In this document: piece after piece, positions 24,884-38,723 of the stretch
Numbering within the stretch: position 1 is the first letter of the stretch
Layout: the number at the start of each line of letters is the position of its first letter
NCBI RefSeq assembly: GCF_963676685.1
Contig: NC_092344.1
Location: forward strand, 103,168,001 to 103,232,000
From: Mytilus edulis
Lineage: Eukaryota
DNA length: 64,000 nucleotides
Direction of reading: 5' to 3'
Notes under the pieces: model-generated
Database searches by the model: none
What the model was told of the DNA's origin: nothing
Seen by the model: the letters and a program-made list of their open reading frames with translations, nothing else
Program-made: the position numbers and the translations under genes

Positions 24884-24995
24884 AAATCATAATTCAGGAA
24901 TACAATGGCAAATAATTAAAATCATAATTCAGGAAATACAATGGCAAATAATTAAAATCATAATTCAGGAAATACAATGGCGTATAATTAAAATT
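24884..24995. repeat. Short tandem repeat, ~36 bp x3
   Basis: AAAATCATAATTCAGGAA(A)TACAATGGCAAATAATT repeated three times. Confidence 0.9.
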
Positions 24996-27900
24996 AAATG
25001 AACAGACAAGCAACGTTTAACTTGATTAGCTTTTTGATTGTTGCCTTATCACGACTTATGAGTTAAGAATGTCAAAACAGAATTAATTGTGTTCACCCTT
25101 CCAGAGTACCTGATATCAATCACCCCTGTTTTATTGGTTGATTTTTTTAAATGTGTTTTATAAACCTGTTTGTCTTATGGTCGGTTTTCGTTGTTTTAGT
25201 TTGCCATGTCGTTGTCAGTTTCTCACCGACTTTCGAGTTTTTAAAGTCCCCTTCGTATCTTCCATCATTTTATTGAACAACGAAGCATTATATCAGTAAT
25301 AAGCCTACACAAAACGTCTGACTTAATTCACAAAGGACAATTCATCAACGATAGTGTCATAAAACAATAGCCTTATTACTTTGTTAGTTTTGATGTATTT
25401 CTCAATCAACAGTTGTAAAATATCATTATTATGACTGTTAAAATAAGACTCGTTCGTGTTGAGTTCTGTTAATTCTAGAGATGACGTTATCGTTGTGTTA
25501 AAATATTTTAGCACCTGTTCCGTAAAGCGTTAAATAAAATTATATTGCAGATTATGTTACAACACTAGGAAGATGAGATTAGTGTCATCTAATGTTTTAT
25601 TATGGATCAAAAACTATAAATCACAATCGTTTCAGTGTAAGTTTGTTCCAGAATAACCATTAAATAAAACAATACCTTAAATATTGCCGAGTTCAAATTT
25701 CCTATTGATTAACAAATGTATAATGGATGTTAAAAAGTATCGAATAAGTAACAAACGGATATGTCGAAACGATAAGCCTTTCCTGTCAATCTTTATGTAC
25801 AATACAATATATAAACGGTCACGGATACCATGTATTTTGAAACAATGAAGACTTTAAAATCAAATGTCAAACCAGGAGAGACACGATTTCTACTTTAACA
25901 TAGATGGACATATTTTCCTCTTTAAATTAAGTCAATTCAATGCGAAATCAGGCCATGACGTAGAGTATCACTATGAAAATGCCTCTGTTAGGTAAGATTG
26001 AGGCAACAGTTTTGAGAAGACAAATACTTGAAAAGATTTAAAGCATTTTAATATTTATGCTCACACACGCTTGGTAAGAGCGTTGGTAAGCCTCGAACTC
26101 GATACTATGAAATGATATATCTAAGTGTTATGTTTGAACTGACTTTGATTGTAACTTATCTTTTGTAAATAATCGATATTAAACGAGTGAATGTACTCAA
26201 CAAACATTATAGCTTTTTTTCAAAGAACCCTTCAACTCCTACATATGTACAAGTGCTCTGTCACATATAAAAGGGCTTGTCAAAGTACCATAAATTAGGT
26301 TTTATCTATCATTTTGTGCGTTGTATTTTAGTGTTGTGTTTCTGTTTTGTCGTTGTTCTCCTCTTATATTTGATGTGTTTCCCTCAGTTTAGTTTGTAAT
26401 CCGGATTTGTTTTTTCCTCAATCGATTTATGAATTTCAAACAGCGATATACTAATGTGGCCTTTATTTATACATAAGGAAATACCTGTCCTATGTCAGAA
26501 ATATAACATTTGTTTTCTATTTGTTTTTTTAAGCTTTTGATTTTGCCCGTTGATAAGGGACTCTCTGATTTGAATTTTCATTGAAGTTCGGTATCTTTGT
26601 TATTTTACTTTTTCCCAAGGCAAGAAACTTGATTGGCAGATCTTTGATGATATCTTTTAAGTCATTTACCTCGCAGGGCTTAAAGAGGACAACGAGAATC
26701 ACTAAAAATGGAACTCACAACAGATTACATCAATTACAATCTTCCTCGATCCTTTTAGTACATAACAAATGACTTATAAACCAATAAAACAATACCAAAC
26801 GACACATGCAGACGTCTGACTTTATTCAGACACAACCTATTGTCTGGTTAAACCAGTTTTACGTGCACACAATATCCCCCTTTATGTATATAGAGCAAAG
26901 TCGTAAACCCGAAATACATACTAAAAACCATGCACGTTGCAGTTACTAAAAAAATGAGAACTCACTTTTACAAGGAAATATTAAATGACACATGATTTGG
27001 TGAGCAGCGTAAAAGTGTACATGCTATTTAAGGAAGCTAACAAACTTAAGGTATGTGGATAAGATATTACTCTTCAATAAAGCAAACAATTAAAAACAAA
27101 AGTCACCATTTACAGCTAGGTTTCAGAAGGTCTAATAAAAATCTGCAGTATTTGTGAGAAACTATGAATTATCTTAAATCACCAGATCACCGAAGGAACG
27201 AAAAATTTCAACTGAAATAGTGAATATAACACACCTGCTTTCCTTGCTGTTGAAAATGTAAGAAACATATCCAATTTCGAACATGTTTTTGTGTTTTCGT
27301 TTATTAACGACAATACAATAAAATGTAATTTGAAAATTCCTAATAGTACTGTACAATTTAGTACGAGATACATTAGATTAACAGATATGAAACTGATTTT
27401 TTGAAGTTATTAAAATATCTGTCGTGTCTATAGTTCTGTTAAAGCTATTTTTGCCGCATGCATGTCCAGGAACAATGATTTTATATCGTTTATATTTTAT
27501 AAAATGAAGAAGATCTTTAAAACAACAGGCCAATCCAAGACCTGCTGTATCAAAAACCCATTATTTTAGCTATCTAAATTTAGTTTAAAACAGATTATGT
27601 GAAAGAGTAAAGTATCAGGTAGAAAATCAAAATGTTCTAGCAGAGATTTTGTACGATAAATACAATTCAGTTATTTTTGCGACCTCTCCAGAATATAATG
27701 TTTATACTTCGAAATTAATTGACTTCTGTGTTATGATAGACTTAATTGCAATATTGAATAAAAAGATATTTTCGTGGTAGAAAATTGCACTGGTCAGAAG
27801 GATAGATAATTTAGTAGAAGTATATCTACTGTAAACTAAGACAATGTGGGTTTAATAAGGTGTTTTTGTGATTTCTTATTCTGTCGTGAGACATACGTTG

Positions 27901-28561
27901 GCGTTTAGTTTTTATTGATGTTATAGTGTATTATTTATGATATTGTAAACTATTTTCCTGTTCCAAGAGGTGAAGTTTGAAGTTATTGAATCCAGGGTAA
28001 TGTACCTATAAAGATGACCAATTACAACGACATATAAACAGAACTCACATAGACCGATATTGTTTTTCTGTGTAATAACTTAAATTATATCTAACTTATC
28101 ACATAGGCTTATATAGTAGTCTTCTTGTTTTCACACATTGTTGTCAATAAAATGGAATTTTATGCGACTGTCATACAAGTGAGAGGTTTAGCTAGCTATA
28201 AAAGCAGGTATAATCCACCATTTCCAAAATAGAACATGACACTCAGTTGTTATCCATTCCTTTGATGTGTTTGTGTTTTTAATTTTGTTATTTGATTACG
28301 GATTTTCAGTTTTGTAATGAGTTCGGTTTGTTTGTTAGTCTACTTTCTACTTGTATCAATAAAAACTAGAGTCTGTTTAGCTTTATTACTGTCGGACAGA
28401 TTTGTATTTCTGGTAAAAATCACTGTTTTCTAAAATATTCTCATTGATCCAGGTTTATGTCATAAGGTAAAAACTGAAACGAATTACTTTTTTTCTTATT
28501 TCATATGGAGACTTTACAAATAGTTTTCTTTTGAAACTTTCTAACTTACATGTGTTGTAAC

Positions 28562-28680
28562 CAGAGATGGGTCCGATTACTTTCAATGTAATTGATTAAA
28601 TTACAATTACTTTGTCATTTGTACCATTAAATTAAATTAATGATTACATCATTTCTGAAAGTGTCTGATTAAATTAATGA
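28562..28680. mobile_element. Solo end of a hAT-like element
   Basis: CAGAGATGGGTCCGATTAC followed by ATTAC/GTAAT repeats resembling the 1576-2861 termini; no partner end found. Confidence 0.45.
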
Positions 28681-31054
28681 GGTTTTAACTAGTGAAAGAG
28701 TGGGCCAGGAATTACCAACCTTTCTGAAAAAAAATGAGTGTACCTCCAGTGTAGTTTTGAAAGGATTCGTCTTTATGAATCTCTCGATTTCTTGTGTAGT
28801 GTTTGTGAAATGATCTTTGTTTCTTTTTTTCTTTTAGCCATTTATCAAATAAAAACACAGGGTTTTTATGACGAGGGATAGACAAGACTGTTATCGGTAT
28901 ACACAACAAATACATTGAAAAATAAGAAAAACACAGCACAAAGAACAACAATAAATCCAAAGTAAGAGCAATGCGAACCACTTTCAAACAAAACTATTGT
29001 CATCTCATGTGCTTTTTGGATGGTATGAAGATCTTGCTTCTCAGGTTATGTTCGTAATGAAAGTCCGTTGCTGAACAATTGAATTGTATATATTGTAGTT
29101 GGTGTACACTTGATACCCAAAAGACAATGAAACAAATAAACACATTAAGGTTTAAAATGCTCACTCACTCTTGTCACCTTTTTGATATTGACTTTTATCA
29201 TTTAAAATTGTCTTGAAATTTCATATAATAATTCCTGTTAATATAAAGCATATTGATATAGCACACAGACATAGAAAACGAATCCGTTGTTTTATTTCCT
29301 CCAGTCTCGACATAAATATGATTTAGTAGGCGCTCAGAACTGTAGGTTATACCTTTGATTCTTTATAAAATTAATTAAAAGAATGGATATGAAACGAGTC
29401 AATACATTAATCATCTGTTTTGTGAAAACCAAATCTATCATATGCCAAGTACAGCGATGAGAATAAATTCTAAAATTGACATTTTAATATTGGCGTTCTG
29501 TATGGATTTCGGTTAGATTCAAAAGTTAGTATGTGTTGTGTAATTGCACCGAAATAGTGGTGGGCGACTTTCAAATTAGAGTGCTTCTTATGCACAATTA
29601 GTTCTATGTCAGTTTTGCCTTAACTTTTTTTCTACAGTATATACAGCCTTTGTTTCTATTAACGTATGTTAATAAACATAACACTAAGTTATGAAGGTGG
29701 ACCACATAATTTGATACATGTACATAAATAAATTTAAATCAGATAAAAAAGAAGTAAGCTTGTAATATTTATAATTTTGTTAATTTCCATTACATAATTC
29801 AATACATCTATCCTTTCACTTAATTCGTATAAATAAGACTTTTGTTTCTTTTCTGTGTCTAGATCATTTATCCCCATTTAAAGTGCAAAACCCGGTTTTG
29901 ATACAGTCCAAACTTAACATGATAGTCTCGAGTATTTGGTTGGGTTCGTGTTAATGAATCTTTATTTTTCTTCGTTGTGTTTTGTTCTTTTTCATTTTTT
30001 TTTGTCACGGCGTTTTCAGATTATTTTCGACTAAGAGTGTGAATTTTCCTTTGGTATCTTTCGCCTCTTTTCTCGACCAATGTTGTATATGCGTTTTACC
30101 TAGTAGAATTCTTTGCGCAACATCATTCTACTGAGTTAACACATCTATACATTTTCGCTATGCTTTGCCTTTGCATTGTCTCATAATTTTATACAATTAT
30201 TCAACTAGAAACTGGTTAAAGTTTCATGAGTAACTGCTAACGTGCCACTATGATTACTACAAAGCATCAATTGATTAAGTAGATCATATTACCTAGTCTA
30301 GTAAATAATGAAGGATTCAATTCAAAATATTTGGTATAAAATGATTAAGATAGATACCATCTGTTATACAATCGATACCCATCCTACATGCCTCGTAAAA
30401 TGACAATTGATAAGTTGCTAACTAATAAGCTGTCTTTGCTAAGTTGACATTAATGGTTTGAAATCGTGTTTTCCAATCAATTGGTCCATCGTCCTGAAAA
30501 AACGCATGGCTAACTGGAAATGCCAAACATTTCAAATAAGTACAACTGTGTAGGACAAACAGAGTGTGGACCATGACCATTATTAAAATACATACATAGC
30601 CCTACTTGCTACAGACGCATGTCAGAATGTGCTCAACTTAGTTTCAAAGAAAACCTAATCCTCCCATACATATATTGACGGTTTATTTTCAAAAACAAAA
30701 CGTTTTATGAATACTTACATAGCCTAAACTAAAGGTTTGACACTCTTGAATATTAAATAACAGAAAGGTTTCGGTACATTTTAAGTTCAAAGCTTTCTAA
30801 ATATTTGGTATTACAGAAATTCAGCTAAGACCCGATCGTGACTGTTATACCGAGTGTAAATTTGCATTGCTCTACGACGTGTCTCGGTATTATGTACATC
30901 CATCATTCATGTATTTATTTCTTATGTTTCTTATATGGTTTCGGTTGGATAATGTGTTCGGTCTTATTGCTTGTATTCCGAATAACTATAAAATAGCCGT
31001 TCAATATCATCACTGCACAACATAAAACAATTTGTATAAATTAATTGAAAAGGG

Positions 31055-31535
31055 TTAAAACAAAGAGCAAAGACACCAAACCCAAAATATACTTACACAA
31101 AGAGTAAGGACACAAAGTCCAAAATACTAACACAAAGAACAAAGACATAAATCACAAAATACTTACACTAAGAGTGAAGAAACAAAACCCAAAATGTACT
31201 AACACAAAGAGAATAGACACAAAGCACAAAAAACACCTAACACAGAGTAAAGACTCAAAAGCATAAAAAAACCAACCTAACACACAGAAAAACAACATAA
31301 AGCACAAAAATAATAATATAAAGAGTAAAGATGCAAAACACAATAAATCCTAGCACAAAGAGGAACGACATACAGAGAAAAGACACACAAAGCAGAAACA
31401 TATAAAACAAAGACACAAATGTACAATTGTAAAGACACATATAGAGAAGACACAAAGAGTAAAGACATAAATATAGTAAAGACACGTATAGCAAAGATAC
31501 ATTGAGAGAAGACACAGAGAGTGAAGGCACATAGA
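31055..31535. repeat. Degenerate A/C-rich low-complexity tandem tract
   Basis: Recurrent ACACAAAGAGTAAAG / GACACA motifs; source of several spurious minus-strand ORFs. Confidence 0.8.
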
Positions 31536-31578
31536 GTAAATAAACTCATCATAGATACCAGGATTAAATTTTATATAT

Positions 31579-31622
31579 ACGCCAGACGCGCGTTTCGTCT
31601 ACAAAAGACTCATCAGTGACGC
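31579..31622 (-). ncRNA. Type I minimal hammerhead ribozyme
   Basis: GCGUCA-CUGAUGA-GUC(UUUUGUA)GAC-GAA-ACGCGCGU-C^UGGCGU: intact core, stem I GCGUCA/UGGCGU, stem II GUC/GAC, palindromic stem III. Predicted cleavage between 31585 and 31584. Confidence 0.92.
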
Positions 31623-31943
31623 TCGAATGCAAAAAAGGTAAAAAAGCCAAATAAAGTACGAAGTTGAAGAGCATTGAGATCCAAAATTCCTAAAAGTGTT
31701 GCCAAATACAGCTAAGGTAATCTATGCCTGAGGTAGAAAAGCCTTAGTATTTCAAACAATTCAAAATTTTGTAAACAGTTAATTTATAAATATAACAATA
31801 TCAATGATAATTCATGTCAGCACAAAAAGTGCTGACTACTGGGCTTGTGATACCCTCGGGGAAATAAATCTCCACCAGCAGTGGTATCGACCCAGTGGTT
31901 GTAAATAAACTCATCATAGATACCAGGATTAAATTTTATATAT

Positions 31944-31987
31944 ACGCCAGACGCGCGTTTCGTCTACAAAAGACTCATCAGTGACGC
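31944..31987 (-). ncRNA. Type I minimal hammerhead ribozyme (second unit)
   Basis: Identical to 31579-31622, offset by 365 bp. Confidence 0.92.
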
Positions 31988-32691
31988 TCGAATGCAAAAA
32001 AGGTAAAAAAGCCAAATAAAGTACGAAGTTGAAGAGCATTGAGATCCAAAATTCCTAAAAGTGTTGCCAAATACAGCTAAGGTAATCTATGCCTGAGGTA
32101 GAAAAGCCTTAGTATTTCAAAAAATTCAAAATTTTGTAAACAGTTAATTTATAAATATAACAATATCAATGATAATTCATGTCAGCACAAAAAGTGCTGA
32201 CTACTGGGCTTGTGATACCCTCGGGGAAATAAATCTCCACCAGCAGTGGCATCGACCCAGTGGTTGTAAATAAACTCATCATAGATACGATATAAAGCAT
32301 ATTATTTCAGAGTTCTTGCATTGTTTTGTAATCTAGTTAAAGCCAATTAGAACTGATTGATAAATAATGTTTCTAATACTGAGATCAATACCTATCCAAT
32401 GGATTTAGTGTTATGTCATAAAAAGTCAGAAAACATGACCTAGTGATTCAATAACAAAATATAGATATCGACAAGATGTATGATGGATCTTAAATGTTTA
32501 TTTCTGTCATTCTTTACATATTCAGTTCTATTCTTACAATAATTTATTCATTAAAACTATCTATAGTACCGTTAAATACAATATTCAAATCCTTTAGAAT
32601 AAGATTTCACAAAAGACCAATACGTGGATTTTATCTGAGTTAAGGAATGTGCCAGTCAATATTGTATCTTTATAACAATAACATTGGTATC

Positions 32692-33311
32692 AAATTGAGA
32701 ATGGAAATGGGGAATGTGCCAAAGAGACAACAACCCGACCATAGAAAAAAAAATCAACAGCAGAAGGTCACCAACAGGTCTTCAATGTAGCGAGAAATTC
32801 CCTCACCCGGAGGCGTCCTTCAGCTGGAACCTAAACAAATATATACAAGTTCAGTGATAATGAACGCCATACTAATTTCCAACTTGTACACAAGAAACTA
32901 AAATCAAAATAATACAAGACTAACAAAGGCCAGATGCTCCTGACTTGGGACAGGCGCAAAAATGCGGCGGGGTTAAACATGTTTGTGAGATCTCAACCCT
33001 CCCCCTATACCTCTAGCCAATTTAGAAAAGTAAACGCATAACAAAGCGCATATTAAAATTCAGTTCAAAAGAAGTCCGAGTCTGATGTCAGAAGATGTAA
33101 CCAAAGAAAATAAACAAAATGACAATAATACATAAATAACAACAGACTACTAGCAGTTAACTGACATTCCAGCTCCAGACTTCAATTAAACTGACTGAAA
33201 GATTATGATTTCATCATATGAACATCAGGCACAATCCTTCCCGTTAGGGTTTTAGTATCATACCATCATAACATATATGAGAAGAACATAACCCGTGTCA
33301 TGCCAACAACT
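32692..33311 (-). mobile_element. 3'-UTR-only copy of Penelope-like family A
   Basis: Reverse complement aligns along its length with ~8838-9457. Confidence 0.92.
33215..33279 (-). promoter_or_regulatory. Type II SECIS element (intact)
   Basis: CAUAUAUGUU-AUGAU-GGUAUGAU-ACU-AAAA-CCC-UAAC-GGG-AAGG-AUUGUGCC-UGAU-GUU-CAUAUG: AUGA/GA quartet, helix II GGUAUGAU/AUUGUGCC, unpaired AA, apical CCC/GGG mini-stem, helix I CAUAU/AUAUG. Confidence 0.8.
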
Positions 33312-33658
33312 ACATATCAATGCAACAACTATCCACCAATGTTCAAACGACAAGGAAGTAATGATAAAACAAAACAGAAGAGTGTGATATGCCACCTATA
33401 TTAGACAATTAAGCACATTGCATTAATTGCTTATGAATCAAGAGAATATTTACTACGTGTACTGTTCAAAAGTAAGCCTTGGGAATTTGTCGTTTCAAGG
33501 TTTGGTTAGGGCAAGTTTTTTATGTCTATTGTGAGCAGACATGCAGAAAAATAATCAAGCGTTATAAGTTTCTTGAAAAGTATTTTTTAAGCCTTGCATT
33601 TTAATATATTCGTTTGTTTTATTTATAAGAATGCACCCCTTTTAGTCATCTAGGTCAA

Positions 33659-36600
33659 GATACACTAGTTACAAGGTCCTAATGTCAAAGATCGACACCT
33701 TTATTATACTCGCATTCATGTTTCGTATGCCGTATTACTAAAACTTTTAAGGGATTACGCCTAGATTGACCGATATATAACCAAATGAACCATAAGCTAT
33801 AAAGTATACTATTTATTGGGAAATATTGATTAGTAAATACAACTTTGATGATCATTGAGGTTGATGATGAACAAATAAAGTAAAGTTCGTTAGTGCTAAA
33901 GTGATGCATTTTGTGATAGAATTTTTCACCACTTCATCATATACTCTAAACAAAATACATTATGATTCAACGTGTAATATAAGTACTAACTACTCGGCTG
34001 TATGGTGAAGCATTGTCGTTGAGATAAGTACATTTTTTGAATATTTGCTTTATTGTTGAAATTTTCCACAATCGACAATAGTAAATACAAAAATGAAAAA
34101 ATAAAATCAACATGACATATGGCAGTAAAAACTCTACTCCATTGAGAGCTTTAAATTTGAAGCTTTACTGCGTGTATTCCTGGTCAGTTTATCAGAGAAT
34201 GATAAATAGAAAAAGACAGATAAACTAAACTCAAATGATAACATTTTCGAGTAATATGGTGAACAGGTTGTCGCAACATAGTGTTTGAACTTTACTTATC
34301 CTGACAATTAGTTACAACAAATCGTATATCTAAGTCTGTGAACGCAAACCAAAAAAAAACCCAACCAAAGTGTCTTATTGTCTGCATTAAGAAAACCCGG
34401 ATTCTGCAATAATAAAAATATTATGGAAAGTTATATTTTACTATTACTGTGACTATTGTTTTTTAAATATGACCGAGCATATCAAATATTTCTGGTATAT
34501 AAACAGCATAGGTAAGTGTTTCTTTTACTTTGTTTTGCTATCATTAAAGACACATGTGTTCTAGATTTCAGAATTATATTGGCCATGAAAAGCAGACAGG
34601 TCCTGAATTTCTTGTCATATTATTTTAGAGTTGTTAGGCCTTCGTTCACAAGACAGTAATTGCAATGTATAATTTTCCATAGTAATAAATATGTTAATCT
34701 CTCTTTCTGACATTATATTGACCATACTATTAGGTTATCAAACTGTTACTAGTTTGCCATTCCCAATGGTGTCATAATACTCCGGGAATTGCTTTAAATC
34801 TACCATAAAATAACTAAAATAACACATTTCAAGGTGCCATATCAAAGTTGAATCTGATATTTTCGTTGTTTACGAAAAGAGTAAACAAAGATTATATTAC
34901 ATGATTTATTGCAAAGTTAGTGATGATAATGAAATTTGCACTAGATTTGCACAGAGAATTATAATAAATCTCATTTCTGCAATGTTGCCAAAGGTCCCTT
35001 GTTGCCCACTAAAAGAGAGACGAAATATGTATATTATGAATAAAAGAGATTTGGAACATCGGTATCGGGAATGCTACCTGAGAACAAAAATAAGTAAGGT
35101 TAAAAGGGCAACACAGTGTATAAATCGCTCACAATATATATTGTAATGAATAATTAAAGAGAAACTATATATCAAAGACCTTTTATCAATGGAATATAAT
35201 ACTCCGAAATTACAAATTACAAAGGCATTACGATTTAACATAAAACAATCACTGACACTAAGTTTAAGCTTTGGACAGGTACCTGCATATATATATATAT
35301 ATATATAGCGTCTTCAAAACACTCATCAGTTGTACTCGAAATATGATTTTTTATAAAAGAGGGACGAAGATACCAGAGGGACAGTCAAACTCATAAATCG
35401 ATATATACTGTATACTGAATTATTTTCTATATGTAACCACGTGATACCCTAGAGGTACATGTATGTTAAATCCTGACTGTTGAAAAACACATAGATAAAA
35501 AAAAAAGTTGTAATCGAATCAAAATATATGTAGGCTGTTTAACTTGTTTTTGTTAGATATCATTTAAAGATATAAAAATAACAGAAAAAAAGGTAGCGCA
35601 TCACTTAATAAAAGACTTTGGAGAATGTACAGGTAGGGCATCAATTACTATAACAAGTCTATTATAAAAAAAAAAAAAAAAAAAAAAAAAGAAAGGCAAT
35701 TAAAATTCAAACAATAGTCCGTAAAATTATTATCCGTGAATAGAAATTAAATTTTGCGTTTTAAAAACCCAATCAAACAGACAAGTGTGATCTAGGGTTC
35801 TGAACACAATGCAGACTATGTTGCTGTAAATGTCGCTAGAGCTTGATTTCGTTTGTTTGCTGTTTTTTATAACGGCCAATGACATTCATTTATTCATATT
35901 CAGGACGAGAAAAAAATAACAATTTAATACAATAGGTAGTGTCCGCAAGTTATGTCTAACAGGTTAAAAGAGGAAAAATGGAATGCTACTGGAAAATGAT
36001 AAGGGGAGACTTTGATGGTTGAGCTACACAACGAGATTAAGACCAGCCGTGGCTTCGTATTCATACATCCCACACAGCCAAAACGGGTAACTATGGTGTT
36101 ATCAACTGCTGGGCAGAATAAGTCCAGAGATGTCAAATGTTCTATACCCAAGTCAACCTTTGGGGCAAATTGACCTTGAACTGTATCAAAGAATGTCAAG
36201 AATTAGCAATGATTATCGTAAGCTTGAAATTGAATTCAAAATTCAAACATATAAATAAAACGTGTTCGAAAGTGTATAATTTATCCCCAGTAAAGAGGTT
36301 TATCGTATATAATGCTTAATTGTTGGGTAGAAAATATAAAAGTTTAGAGATTGGTGCAATGATACTGATACATTTCACAATTCCTGCAAAAGCAATCGGT
36401 CAAAATCGTCATACGATAAATGCATCATCAGTTAACATACCACCAAATTTGGAATGTTTGGTTATAGCTTGAACTGTACCAACTTCTCTGGGTGACAATT
36501 TGGACATACATATGATATTCTTCATAATACCAGTATGTGTTTTATATTCCTTTAATTTTGGAATGTCAGATTTGTTAAAAAACGATTTCCAACGGATGTA

Positions 36601-38365
36601 CAATTCTGAGGCAATAGTTATTATCAAACTGAATCGTTTTGATGTTTTCATAGCTTCACCAATGTATAAAAGAATGCAAATGCGGTTTACTAGTACTTTA
36701 TCGTTGGTGTTTTTTAATCCTTAAAATAGCAACCCAGGAATTTTTTCTCTTCTTCCCCATTATTTTTATTTTGTTTTACTCTTTGGTGTTGTATTGTTGA
36801 ATAGATATAAGAAGATCTAAGACAAAATTTTATGCAATAGCAATCTCTTTATTTTTATATTAAGATATTGATAAAGATCGATCCTTGCAATAAGCTTACT
36901 AGACAAGTTGTATAAAGCTCTGAGAGAATTTCTTTATAAAAATGTTTTAAAATATGACAAAAGATGTAAAAAAAAAACCCAACATATTTACATTGCATTG
37001 GTGTATTTTCTGACGTCAGACACGAGATTCAATGAATGTGTTTGTAGATAGATGTTTTTGTGTTCTGTTGAATTGTTCCTTTTAAAATTGTTACACGATT
37101 TAACTGCTGTACCCATATTTTGACAATTTTCTTTATTATGTATGTTTAGTTCACGCATCATTGTAAATATAACGGAATATAATCCACCATTTTCTACATT
37201 TGAAAATGCCTGTACCAAGTCAGGAATATGACAGTTCTTGTTCATTCGTTTTTGATATGTTTTGTCATTGATTTTGCCATGTGATAATGGACTTTCCGAT
37301 TGGATCTTCCTCTGAGTTCAGTATTTTTGTGATTTTACTTTTTAAACGTACAGACATCGTACAGTTTGTAAGATAATGTCATACGATTATTAATGAAGAA
37401 TATCATCATTTGTTTCTGTCTTCACGATCAAAAAATCATTTCTAGGTTTTCTAACTACAGTACTAGGTGGAGCTTATTGAACGTTGTTATCCAGGGGAGA
37501 AGACATTAGCCAAAGAAGGAAATTTCATTCCTGTTTGTTATTAGGAAATCAACATTAACAACAGTATAATCATACATAAAGGAAGAGAAAAAACCTTTAG
37601 GGATCATCCTTCAAATCTTATTTGTTTCAATACACTTATTGATAGAAGTTAATGGCTGCACTGTTGCTGGCAAATCATCAAGTGTGTTATTTGTTGGAAT
37701 ACTATTACGCAACCTGTTCATAGTTGGTCTCAAGATTGAAATGATTCTATTTTTTTCTACACAATTATCTTAAAGCATTCCACAAGATTGCATTTTCTTG
37801 TCCTCTTTATGTCGTTACTGTTTAAAATCTATTAAATATTACAACTGCCAATATAAGAGTGTAGGGCGTGTTTATCTTATGTTGTATTAAATACCGTTAG
37901 AGTGAATTAAGTCATTTATCTAAACAAAGTTCTGTTTTCTGTTTACCGTTGGTTATTCCAATGAATAAGACTAAAAGTGAAGGTCAAACTTAGTTTAACC
38001 CTTCAACGTGTTGAGTTCCTGTCTGGAAACAGAATTTTCATCTATCATGGTTGTGTTTACTCGTAATATAATGCTTTAGCTCTTAATATAATGTTATGTT
38101 AGGGTAGATTTGAATATCATACTAAACATCACTACTTATAAAAATAATGAGATGCGGTATGACTGCCAATGAGACAACTACCAACCAGAGAATGTCTTTC
38201 TATTGAAGATGAACTTATGTTGACCTACAGATATCCTTATGTTTCGTTCTGTCTTATTGAATTTTATTGTACTTGTCATTGTATTTATATTTACTTAAGA
38301 TTTAGGAAAAAGAAGTTTAATACGATATATCTCTTTTGTATATTGGGGAAACTCTTGATTGTTTT
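33659..38365. repeat. Old tandem segmental duplication, copy A
   Basis: Collinear with 38734-45420. Anchors: CTTTATTATACTCGCAT (33699/38778), GTCATAATACTCCGGGAATTGC (34771/40569), CCCCAGTAAAGAGGTTTATCGTATAT (36285/41998), GAGATGCGGTATGACTGCC (38149/45170). Confidence 0.9.
37000..37345. repeat. Dispersed repeat (family E) present only in duplication copy A
   Basis: Absent from the matching site of copy B (~43087). The AATCCACCATT...CAGTT segment is shared with ~28130-28350, and the 3' part resembles ~26480-26610. Confidence 0.65.
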
Positions 38366-38433
38366 GTTAAAAAAATTGCAGGTTATTTCATGAGAATAAT
38401 GAAGTTGTATGGAGTTGAGTCTTGTATAGTTTC

Positions 38434-38723
38434 AAATAATTTCATCATAGAAACCAGAAGTGAAATTTTGTATTTGCGCCAGACGCGCGTTTTGTCTACA
38501 AAAGACTCAACAGTAACGCTCTGATAAAATAGTTAAAAGGCCAAATAAAGTACGAAGTTGATGAGCATAGGAACAAACATTGTTTAATAGTTTGGCAAGT
38601 ACGGCTAAGGTAATCTACGCCTGTGGGAGAAAAGCCTTAGTATCTTAAAAGTTCAAAGTTTTGTTAACAGTTGATTTATAATTATGAATGATACATCATG
38701 TCAACACAGAAGTACTGACTACT
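38434..38723 (-). mobile_element. Decayed retrozyme monomer at the duplication junction
   Basis: Aligns to the 365-bp unit; hammerhead core mutated (CUGUUGA, and GAAA changed to AAAA). Confidence 0.85.

Larger units (their letters stand above)
31536..32288 (-). mobile_element. Retrozyme-type tandem: two 365-bp units plus 23 bp
   Basis: GTAAATAAACTCATCATAGATAC starts at 31536, 31901 and 32266. I see only two substitutions between the units. Each unit carries a hammerhead. Confidence 0.93.

Noticed and set aside
31152-31552. Hydrophobic Cys/Leu/Phe-rich minus-strand ORFs
   Set aside because: Artefacts of the A/C-rich low-complexity tract; open in several frames.
36409-36724. ORFs within duplication copy A, and 40296..40604 in copy B
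   Set aside because: Frames are not preserved in the paralogous copy (indels and stops) and no domain is recognisable.
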